DNA of 34,063 nucleotides from Armatimonadota bacterium (GTDB lineage Bacteria > Sysuimicrobiota > Sysuimicrobiia > Sysuimicrobiales > Humicultoraceae), in contig JBBIOM010000021.1 of assembly GCA_037443365.1 (NCBI GenBank), positions 1 through 34,063 of the forward strand. Direction: 5' to 3'. The first letter of the stretch is position 1; every line of letters begins with the position of its first letter. The notes under the pieces were generated by a model that saw nothing but the letters and a program-made list of their open reading frames with translations, ran no database searches and was not told the DNA's origin. This document shows, in pieces, positions 26,886-34,063 of the stretch. Made by a program: the position numbers and the translations under genes.

Positions 26886-27782
26886 TCAGCCTGCCATGCG
26901 CCCGCGAATGAAGTCGCGCCCGAGCCTTATCTCCTCTTCGATGTCGTCGTAGGCGCCGGCGACGTCAATGTTGGCGAACCCCGCGTACCCCACCTTGGCG
27001 AGCGCGCGCAGCACGCTCTCCCAGGGCACGGCGCCCTTTCCGGGCGCCCAGTGGTGATCCAAGACCCCGTTGTTGTCGGCGAGGTGCACAAGGAAGATCC
27101 GTCCTGCCAGCTTCTCAATCGCGACGGGCAACAGCTCCTTCTGCACCAGGAAGTGCCCGGTGTCGAACACCACCCCGAGCGAGGGCGATCCGACAACTTC
27201 TATCAGGCGGCACATGCCGTCGGCGTTGCTGACCATCTCGTAGGGCCGGATCTCGAGGGCCATGCGCACGCCCTCCTCCTCGGCCCGCTCTGCCATCGCC
27301 TCCACCGCGCCCCGGTACTGAGCCCACGCGGAGTCCCAGTCGAATTCGGGCGGAATCTCGACGCTGATAGGCGGCGTGAACTCATCGTACAGCCGCCTGG
27401 ACTCGATCTTCCACGATGGATGAGGGGCAGAGTGCAGGTACACCAGATCGGTCCCCAGCGCCTGTGCGGTTTCCAACCCGCGCGAGAACCCTTCCACCGC
27501 CAGGCGGCGGACGCCGGGGTCCTCGCTCACGGTCAGGTGGCGCAGCCACCCGGCCTCGAAGGCGTTGACCGCAATGCCCAGCGCCCGGCAGCGGGCCCCC
27601 AGCGCGCGCACGTCGCCCGGGTTTCCGAACTCGCGTGAGAAGTGCTCCGAGCTGAACGCCGCCAGCTCGATGCCTGCGAAGCCCATCTCGGCCGCCCACT
27701 TGGCGAACTCAGCGTACTCTGCCAGTGTCGGCTCGTCGCCGTACCGGACGCGCGCGTACGCGACCGTCACCCCGAGACGCAC
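26886..27782 (-). CDS. Sugar phosphate isomerase/epimerase family TIM barrel (AP_endonuc_2)
   Basis: GFAGIEL, ALE, FDTGHF and VHLADN..DHH..PG.G. Start refined to GTG 27782 behind GGGGAGG (27806 is an alternative). Confidence 0.82.
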   Translation of the reverse strand: MRLGVTVAYARVRYGDEPTLAEYAEFAKWAAEMGFAGIELAAFSSEHFSREFGNPGDVRALGARCRALGIAVNAFEAGWLRHLTVSEDPGVRRLAVEGFSRGLETAQALGTDLVYLHSAPHPSWKIESRRLYDEFTPPISVEIPPEFDWDSAWAQYRGAVEAMAERAEEEGVRMALEIRPYEMVSNADGMCRLIEVVGSPSLGVVFDTGHFLVQKELLPVAIEKLAGRIFLVHLADNNGVLDHHWAPGKGAVPWESVLRALAKVGYAGFANIDVAGAYDDIEEEIRLGRDFIRGRMAG

Positions 27783-27826
27783 GATCGGCCTCCCCTCGTC
27801 GGGCACGCCTGCCTGTGCGCGGCGGC

Positions 27827-28297
27827 CTACTTCGAGTGCTTGTCCGCTACCTTGGTGGCGCCGTAGGCGTCGGGCTTGATGACCGCGGCATAGCCCGATC
27901 CCGCGACCATGCCCACGACCTCGCGGATGATCCGCTTCGTCTCGCCGTTGGGACCGACGTCCAGGTGGATCTCGACGGGCAGCCTGGAGTACCCGTTGCG
28001 GCCCAGCTCGGTGGTCAGAAGGTGGGCGATCTCCAGGCTCAGCGACGTCTCGAACATGATGCGCTGCCGGAGGCTCTCGATCTTGCGGTTGCGGAACTTC
28101 CGGTAGAAGTACCGGCCGCCGTGTCCCACCCGGTGAACCACGACCGCGGTCACGAACGTCGTGTCGTCCGAAACGAGCGAGTCGGTGCCGATTATCAAAT
28201 GGTAGTTCTGGTCGGGATCGCTCTTCATGTATCCGACCAGCTGGCGGAACATCTCACCGAATGAAAGGTGCCCCAGGGTGGGGCTCACGAACTCCAC
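27827..28297 (-). CDS. RNase H-like YkuK/DUF458 family protein
   Basis: IIGTDS, FVTAVVVHR.GHGGRYF, ETSLSLE, EIHLDVG and KPDAYGATKVADKH. GTG start at 28297. Confidence 0.88.
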   Translation of the reverse strand: MEFVSPTLGHLSFGEMFRQLVGYMKSDPDQNYHLIIGTDSLVSDDTTFVTAVVVHRVGHGGRYFYRKFRNRKIESLRQRIMFETSLSLEIAHLLTTELGRNGYSRLPVEIHLDVGPNGETKRIIREVVGMVAGSGYAAVIKPDAYGATKVADKHSK

Positions 28298-28383
28298 GTT
28301 CCTCGCCTCGTGCCCAGTATACTCCTGGCGCTCTCGGGTGAACAGCGGCCCGCCTGGCTGGATGCGGGCGCTCGCCCCGGCGC

Positions 28384-29613
28384 CTAGGCCACCCTCAGTA
28401 TTCTCCGCCGTAACCCGACGGCCGTGATGGCCACCAGCACGGCTCCCGCGGCCACGGCCGGCGGCGCGCCCATGAGCGCGGCCGCGCTCGCCGTCACCAT
28501 CGCTCCCAGTGAGGGCAGCCCGACGTTCGCGATCGCCCACACGCTCATCACGCGGCCGCGGATCGCATCGGTGGCGGCCAGCTGCATGGACGTGGACATC
28601 GTCGCTACGAGCGTTATCGTGGCGACGCCCAGGGCCACAAGCAACGGGATCGAGAGCGCAATCCACTGCGACGAGGCAAACGCGGCGAGGAGCGCGGCGA
28701 ACGCCACGGCAGCCCGAATGATCGTCCTTCCCCGGTAGCCCGTGGCCCCGCCCGCGGCCAGCAGGGTGGCCCCGAAGACCACGCCGATTCCTGGCGCCGC
28801 GGTGAGGTAGCCCAGCCCCCGGGCGTCGGTGTGGAGGATGTCCCGGGCGAAGACCGGCATGAGCGATATGTAGGAGCGGCCGAAGACCCCGGCGACGATG
28901 ATCAGAACCAGCAGGGCGCGCAGCGCCGGCTGGCCCCACACGAACCGGAGGCCGCCGGTGACCGATCCCGGTCCCGAGGAGTCCGTGCTCGTGTGATGCG
29001 AAACGCCGCGGATGCACGAGAGGGCGGCCACGTTGATCAGGAAGGTGAGGGAGTTCAGCGCGAAGAGCGCGTAGATACGACCGCTGCCCAGCACGCCGAG
29101 GACGATCCCGGCCAGCGCAGGCCCGAAGAACCCGCCCAACTGGTAGGTGGACTGGAACATCGAGACCGCGCCCAGCAGGTGCCTGCGGTCCACCAGGTCG
29201 GGAATCGTCGCGTGCCGCGCCGGGCCCTCGAACGCCAGCACTATGCCCTGGATCAGGCTGAACGCCGCAAGGTGCCAGGCCGTGACCCTCTCGAGGTAGG
29301 TGACTACGGCCAGGGTGGCCGCCGCGACTGCCATGGCGAGCTGCATGCCCCGGATGAGCTTGAGACGCTGTATCCGGTCGGCCAGGGCCCCCCCGAACAG
29401 CGGCAGGATCACCATCGGCAGTGCGAACGCCAGGCTCGAGGCCCCTAGCCAAACCGGGGTGTTGGTGAGCTGGTAGAGCAGCCATCCCTGGCCCACCGAC
29501 TGCATCCAGGTGCCCGTGTGGGAGACCAGCAGGCCGGCCCAGAAGATGGCGAACGGCCTCGAGCGTAGCGCGGCGAACTTGGGGACGGGTTGAGCGGCCT
29601 CGCCGTCCGGCAT
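28384..29613 (-). CDS. MFS transporter (DHA3/EntS-like)
   Basis: About 12 TM segments. Motifs GTWMQSVGQGWL, GGALADR and RGRVMS. Confidence 0.9.
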   Translation of the reverse strand: MPDGEAAQPVPKFAALRSRPFAIFWAGLLVSHTGTWMQSVGQGWLLYQLTNTPVWLGASSLAFALPMVILPLFGGALADRIQRLKLIRGMQLAMAVAAATLAVVTYLERVTAWHLAAFSLIQGIVLAFEGPARHATIPDLVDRRHLLGAVSMFQSTYQLGGFFGPALAGIVLGVLGSGRIYALFALNSLTFLINVAALSCIRGVSHHTSTDSSGPGSVTGGLRFVWGQPALRALLVLIIVAGVFGRSYISLMPVFARDILHTDARGLGYLTAAPGIGVVFGATLLAAGGATGYRGRTIIRAAVAFAALLAAFASSQWIALSIPLLVALGVATITLVATMSTSMQLAATDAIRGRVMSVWAIANVGLPSLGAMVTASAAALMGAPPAVAAGAVLVAITAVGLRRRILRVA

Positions 29614-30210
29614 CTACAGGTCGCGCCGGCCCTCGAGCGCGCGGGCCAGGGTGATCTCGTCGGCGTACTCGAGATCTCCGCCCACCGGCAGGCCGTGGGC
29701 AATCCTCGTCACCCGGACACCCAGCGGCTTGAGCAGGCGCGCCAGGTAGATCGCCGTGGCCTCGCCCTCAACGCGCGGGTTGGTGGCGATGATGACCTCG
29801 CTGACCCCGCCCTTTTGCACCCTGGACTGCAGTTCGGAGATCCTCAGATCGTCGGGCCCGACGCCGTCCAGCGGCGAGATCGCGCCGCCCAGCACATGGT
29901 AGCGCCCGCGGAACTCCCGGGTGCGCTCCAGCGCCATGACGTCGCGCGGGTCCTCGACCACGCAGAGGACATCATCGCTTCGGTTCGGGCTGGAGCAGAT
30001 GGCGCACGGGTCGGTGTCGGTGATGCCGAAGCAGACCGAGCAGTACCGCATCCCGGCCTTGACGCCCAGTATCGCGTCGGCGAGCGACTGCGCTTCTTCC
30101 TGGGGCAGCCGCATGATGTGGAACGCCAGCCGCTGGGCCGTCTTGGGGCCGACCGTCGGCATCTTGGATAGCTCGTCAATGAGCCGGGCGAGGGGGGCGG
30201 GGTAGTCCAT
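29614..30210 (-). CDS. recR: Recombination mediator RecR
   Basis: HhH PTVGPKTAQRLA, C4 zinc finger and TOPRIM EVIIATNP..EGEAT. Start refined to ATG 30210. Confidence 0.97.
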   Translation of the reverse strand: MDYPAPLARLIDELSKMPTVGPKTAQRLAFHIMRLPQEEAQSLADAILGVKAGMRYCSVCFGITDTDPCAICSSPNRSDDVLCVVEDPRDVMALERTREFRGRYHVLGGAISPLDGVGPDDLRISELQSRVQKGGVSEVIIATNPRVEGEATAIYLARLLKPLGVRVTRIAHGLPVGGDLEYADEITLARALEGRRDL

Positions 30211-30215
30211 GGACG

Positions 30216-30533
30216 CTAGGGTTGACCCGGGATCCGAAGCCCCCCTGCGAGAGCGCCCATGCGGGCCTCGGCCATGCTGCGGGCGTTGCGCTGTGATTCG
30301 TTCACGGCCGCCAGCACGAGGTCCGCCAGCAGGCCGACATCCGCTGGGTCCACCACAGAGGGATCTATCTCCAGCTCGACCAGTTCGCCGTGGCCGTTGG
30401 CCACGGCCCGAACCACACCCCCGCCGGCGCGGGCCTCGACCCGTGCGGCCGCAAGCTCTTCCTGCAACCGCGCCACCTCGGCCTGCAGCTTCTGCATCTG
30501 CTTCATCATCTTGCCCATGCCGCCCGTGCTCAA
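30216..30533 (-). CDS. ybaB: YbaB/EbfC nucleoid-associated protein
   Basis: MMKQMQKLQ, AGGGVV and LADLVLAAVNE. TTG start overlaps the dnaX stop. Canonical dnaX-ybaB-recR synteny. Confidence 0.93.
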   Translation of the reverse strand: MSTGGMGKMMKQMQKLQAEVARLQEELAAARVEARAGGGVVRAVANGHGELVELEIDPSVVDPADVGLLADLVLAAVNESQRNARSMAEARMGALAGGLRIPGQP

Positions 30534-32176
30534 CGGCCGTCCTCCTCCACGATGTCGCCGGCGAACAGCTCTCTGGCGCGGTCCACGAGCGATGCCCTTG
30601 CCTCGGCCGGGCGCACGGCCTCGGCACCGCCGCCCGCGGGCGCGTCGTACAGGCAGGCCCGGAAGCGCAGGGGACGTGACAGCACGCGGGCGAGCGCGCC
30701 CTCGATTACCTCGCGGTTCTCGGCGCGGTGCAGGTTGTCCAGGTGGAAGTTGTAGCCCGAACGCAGCCCCACGACCAGGGTGTTGCCGCTGACCTCCAGC
30801 GGCGTCCCTTCGATCAGCAGGGCGTGGCAGATCATCTTGACGCGCTTTATGTCCTCCAGCACCCGCGCCCACTGGCGCCGCACGTCGTCAATGCCTATGC
30901 ACGCGGCGTCACCCGCCGAGGGTTTCTCGGCAGGCGATGGTGTGGCGCGGGAGGGGCCTGCCGGGGGCGGCTGCGCCGGGCGCGGGGCTGCCGGAGGCGC
31001 GGCGGGTTGCGCCCCCGGCGGAGGAGCCGCGCCCCCGGACTCCAGCCGCTCGAGCCTGGCAACGATGCCTTCCAGCGACGGGTCCATGTCGGGGCGTGCA
31101 AGCCGTATCAGCGCGACTTCCAGGGCGAGCCGTGGCTGCGTGCTCCATCGCGCATCGCTCGTTGCCTCGTTTAGGACACGCACGGCTCGCAGCAATCCGG
31201 GCACGGTCGCCCGCTGTGCCTGCGACGCGAGCCGAGCAAGGCGCTCCGGCGGCGCGTCGATGATCTCCGCGGCGGTCTCGCCGCAGGTCTTCGCGATCAG
31301 CAGGTCACGAAACTGCTCCAGCAGCGTCCGGAGGACCTGGCGGATATCCTTGCCGGAGTCGGCTGTCTCCTGGGCCAGGCGCATCGCCGCGGTGATGTCC
31401 CGATCCAGGGCCGCGTCCGCGAACGCCGTCGCCACGTCGTCGTCTATCAGTCCCATCACGCCGATCACCAGGTCCCGGTCCACCCGGCCTCCGGCGTATG
31501 CGCTGAGCTGGTCGAGGACCGACTCGCCGTCGCGCACCGAGCCGTCGGCGCTGCGGGCAACCTGCGCCAGCGCCGCATCGTCAATCGCTATGCCTTCCTC
31601 ATCGGCGATGGTGCGCAGCCGCGCCAGGATCTCGCCATACGAGACGCGCCTGAAGTCGAACCGCTGGCAGCGCGAGAGCACGGTCGCGGGGATCCGGTGC
31701 GGTTCCGTTGTCACCAGCACGAAGACCGCGTGTGCCGGGGGTTCCTCGAGCGTCTTGAGCAGCGCGTTGAAGGCGCTGGTGGAGAGCATGTGGACCTCGT
31801 CAATGATGTAGACCTTGTGCCGCCCCTCCGTCGGCGCGAGCACGATCTTCTCCTTGAGGTCGCGCACGTCGTCCACGCTCGTGTTGCTGGCGCCGTCGAT
31901 CTCGATTACGTCCATGCTGAAACCGCGCGTGATCGCCTCGCACTGGCTGCACGCGTTGCAGGGCGTCGGCGTGGGGCCGTGAGCGCAGTTCAGCGCCTTG
32001 GCCAGGATGCGGGCGGTCGTGGTCTTGCCGGTGCCGCGATGCCCGGCGAACAGGTAGGCGTGGCTGGTGCGCCCTGCCTTGATGGCGTTCTGCAGGGTGC
32101 GCGTGATGCGCTCCTGTCCTATGATCTCCTCAAACGACTTGGGCCGCCACCGGCGGTAGACGGAAACGTGCGACAC
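30530..32176 (-). CDS. dnaX: DNA polymerase III subunit gamma/tau
   Basis: YRRWRP, Walker A GHRGTGKTT, Zn cysteines, IIDEVHML, SRC and a Pro/Ala linker. Confidence 0.97.
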   Translation of the reverse strand: MSHVSVYRRWRPKSFEEIIGQERITRTLQNAIKAGRTSHAYLFAGHRGTGKTTTARILAKALNCAHGPTPTPCNACSQCEAITRGFSMDVIEIDGASNTSVDDVRDLKEKIVLAPTEGRHKVYIIDEVHMLSTSAFNALLKTLEEPPAHAVFVLVTTEPHRIPATVLSRCQRFDFRRVSYGEILARLRTIADEEGIAIDDAALAQVARSADGSVRDGESVLDQLSAYAGGRVDRDLVIGVMGLIDDDVATAFADAALDRDITAAMRLAQETADSGKDIRQVLRTLLEQFRDLLIAKTCGETAAEIIDAPPERLARLASQAQRATVPGLLRAVRVLNEATSDARWSTQPRLALEVALIRLARPDMDPSLEGIVARLERLESGGAAPPPGAQPAAPPAAPRPAQPPPAGPSRATPSPAEKPSAGDAACIGIDDVRRQWARVLEDIKRVKMICHALLIEGTPLEVSGNTLVVGLRSGYNFHLDNLHRAENREVIEGALARVLSRPLRFRACLYDAPAGGGAEAVRPAEARASLVDRARELFAGDIVEEDGR

Positions 32177-32207
32177 GGCTCTGCACCTCGGCCCCCTTTA
32201 CTTCGGC

Positions 32208-33104
32208 ATGGCGACCGGCCCTCCTTGCCCCTGGAGGATGCGCGGGGCGCCCCGCCGAACGCTCTTCCCCACGATGCCCCTCGCCGCGGCCTATCCCCTG
32301 CCCGAATCGGCCCAGGCAACCGCCGTACTACTGCTGCTGCTGATCTCAACCGCCCTGCCCATCTACCTGCTGGCGTTCCGCCCGGTCCGTCGCGCGGACA
32401 CCTGGGGGATCGGCGAGATGGCCGCGATCACCGTATTGTTCGCGATCACGCTGCCGCTCGCGGCAACCCTGGCAGGGATCGCGCTGCCCTTCTCACTGCT
32501 GGACCTCTCCACGATCACGCTCGTGCAGAACGCCCTGTTTGTGGGGCTCTCGGCCTATGTTGTGATGGCCCGGTACGCCCTGCCCCCCTCGCGCCTGGGC
32601 CTTACCGCCGAGGCCTGGCCGCGGTGTGTGCTGATTGGCCTTGCGGCCGCGGTCGCGGTGATTCCAGTGGCGCTGGCAAGCGAGAACCTGGCGGTCTACC
32701 TGCTGGGCCTCGCAGAGGGCCCGGCGCAGGCCGCGGCGCGCGCCGAGGCGGAGCACCTGCTGGATCCGCTGCGCCCTGTCATGGAAGCGCTTCCGGGCGG
32801 GGCGGCCACGGCGTGGTTCCTCATCCTGGTGATCGTGATCGTCCCGATAGGCGAAGAGGTGTTCTTCAGAGGGCTTGTCTACGGGGGATTGCGTGATCGG
32901 TGGGGCGCGGCGCCAGCGGCGCTGGCCAGCGCCGCGTTCTTCTCGGTCGTGCACCTTCAGCTCGTGCACGGGCTGCCCATTCTGGTGCTCGGGTTGGTGC
33001 TGGCCTTCCTCTACGAGCGCACCCGGAGTCTCGTGCCGGTGATCGTCACGCACGCCCTCAACAACGCGGTCGCGATCGCCTCGATCTGGTACGGTTGGGG
33101 CTAG
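32208..33104 (+). CDS. CPBP (Abi/CAAX type II) intramembrane glutamic endopeptidase
   Basis: Motifs EEVFFRG, FSVVH and HALNN. The start is uncertain; ATG 32274 is plausible. Confidence 0.88.
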   Translation: MATGPPCPWRMRGAPRRTLFPTMPLAAAYPLPESAQATAVLLLLLISTALPIYLLAFRPVRRADTWGIGEMAAITVLFAITLPLAATLAGIALPFSLLDLSTITLVQNALFVGLSAYVVMARYALPPSRLGLTAEAWPRCVLIGLAAAVAVIPVALASENLAVYLLGLAEGPAQAAARAEAEHLLDPLRPVMEALPGGAATAWFLILVIVIVPIGEEVFFRGLVYGGLRDRWGAAPAALASAAFFSVVHLQLVHGLPILVLGLVLAFLYERTRSLVPVIVTHALNNAVAIASIWYGWG

Positions 33105-33916
33105 TCGCCGGGCTTGCGCGCCACCTCCAACTGCCCGGCCACGCCCATCACGTGGAACCCGCTGTCCGCGAAGATCGTGCTGCCCGTGACCGCGCGCGAC
33201 AGGTCGCTGGCCAGAAACGTCGCCACCCCGGCGACGTCCTCCAGGGTCACGTTGCGGCGCAGCGGCGCGATTCCCTCCACGGCGTCGCGGAAACCCGAGA
33301 GCCCCCGGACCGCGCTGGCCGCCAGCGTGCGCAGGGGACCGGCTGAGATCGCGTTCACTCGCACGTTGATCGGCCCGAGCTCCGCCGCCAGGTAGCGCAC
33401 CTCGCACTCCAGCGCCGCCTTGGCCACGGCCATGACGTTGTACGAGGGCACGACGCGGTCGGCCGCGTTGTACGTCAGGGTGATGATGCTGCCGCCGCCC
33501 GCCGATTCCAGCAGCGGCCTGGCGGCGCCCGCGCACCGGATCAGCGAGTACGCGCTGACCTCGAGCGCCAGCGCGTACCCCCTGCGCGAGATGCCCGAGA
33601 ACGGCCGGAGCAGATCCTCACGGTCCGCGAACGCCAGGCAGTGCACGAGCACATCGAGGCCTCCCCAGCGCTCGGCCAGCCCGGAGAAGGCGGCGGCGAT
33701 CTCATCGTCAGAGGTGACGTCGCAGGGAAAGATCGGGTACCCTGCTGCGCCGCCGATCTCATCGAGCAGGCCGACCAGGTTGTCCTTGAGCCGGGCGCCC
33801 TGATAGGTGAACGCCAGGGTCGCGCCCTCGCGGTGGAACGCGCGCGCGATTCCCCACGCGATGCTGCGGTTGTTGGCCACGCCCATTATCAACGCCCGTC
33901 TGCCCTGAAGAAGCAC
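33101..33916 (-). CDS. fabI: Enoyl-ACP reductase FabI
   Basis: GVANNRSIAWGIA, VSAYSL, YNVMAVAKAALE and RVNAISAGPLRTLA. Confidence 0.95.
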   Translation of the reverse strand: MLLQGRRALIMGVANNRSIAWGIARAFHREGATLAFTYQGARLKDNLVGLLDEIGGAAGYPIFPCDVTSDDEIAAAFSGLAERWGGLDVLVHCLAFADREDLLRPFSGISRRGYALALEVSAYSLIRCAGAARPLLESAGGGSIITLTYNAADRVVPSYNVMAVAKAALECEVRYLAAELGPINVRVNAISAGPLRTLAASAVRGLSGFRDAVEGIAPLRRNVTLEDVAGVATFLASDLSRAVTGSTIFADSGFHVMGVAGQLEVARKPGD

Positions 33917-33919
33917 GAC

Positions 33920-34063
33920 TCACCCCACGGGTCGAGAGTGACCGCCGCCGGCCGCCCGTCCGGTCCGCGTCAAGGGTACCGGTTCGGGGCCCCGGCGGGC
34001 TGCACCTTCGTCGTTGACGGCCCGGGCCAGCCGCCTGTATGCTTCGCGGTAAGCGCGTCTTCT
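33920..34063 (-). CDS. Possible C-terminal end of an unidentified gene running off the window edge
   Basis: Open frame from the edge, ...RRRAYREAYRRLARAVNDEG...PVG*, stops 3 bp before the fabI start. Confidence 0.5.
   Translation of the reverse strand, partial: RRRAYREAYRRLARAVNDEGAARRGPEPVPLTRTGRAAGGGHSRPVG

Noticed and set aside
27827..29485. 552-aa ORF suggesting a large fusion protein
   Set aside because: Only the last 156 aa are YkuK-like; the rest is an alternate frame over the MFS gene.
30530..32176. Programmed frameshift or slippage site in dnaX
   Set aside because: No AAAAAAG or long A/T run seen; the frame is continuous.
32177..32273. SRP RNA (ffs) or tRNA upstream of dnaX, as in many bacteria
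   Set aside because: No SRP domain IV motif or cloverleaf is visible in the short gap.
1..34063. CRISPR arrays, IS elements, prophage, rRNA or tRNA genes
   Set aside because: No repeat-spacer periodicity, transposase or integrase motifs, or structural RNA signatures were found by eye.

Overview
High-GC bacterial chromosomal window with no phage, CRISPR or intact mobile element. T-box riboswitches, selD and many family-5 ABC binding proteins suggest a Terrabacteria lineage (inference only). Left to right: (1) a collapsed vapBC toxin-antitoxin relic at 89-285. (2) An 11 kb catabolic island with two Dpp/Opp-type ABC importers lacking ATPases, two M24-fold enzymes that look creatinase-like rather than metallopeptidase-like, and an MlrC/M81 peptidase. 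(3) A Trp-specifier T-box with an enlarged Stem I, heading aroF-tyrA-trpS-NUDIX-NUDIX-like-ogg. (4) A secreted serine hydrolase. (5) A selenocysteine-containing selD with an in-frame TGA and SECIS-like hairpin, truncated by the ORF track, divergent from archease plus an orphan ABC binding protein. (6) DUF2892 plus an SQR-like flavoprotein behind an ECF-type promoter. (7) A secreted, degenerate ferritin-like protein behind four 11-bp-phased OmpR/PhoB-type repeats. (8) A Ser T-box heading a class V aminotransferase, serS and a sugar isomerase. (9) The convergent dnaX-ybaB-recR-MFS-ykuK-isomerase run, then a CPBP protease and fabI. All family calls come from motif recognition by eye; no database search was run.
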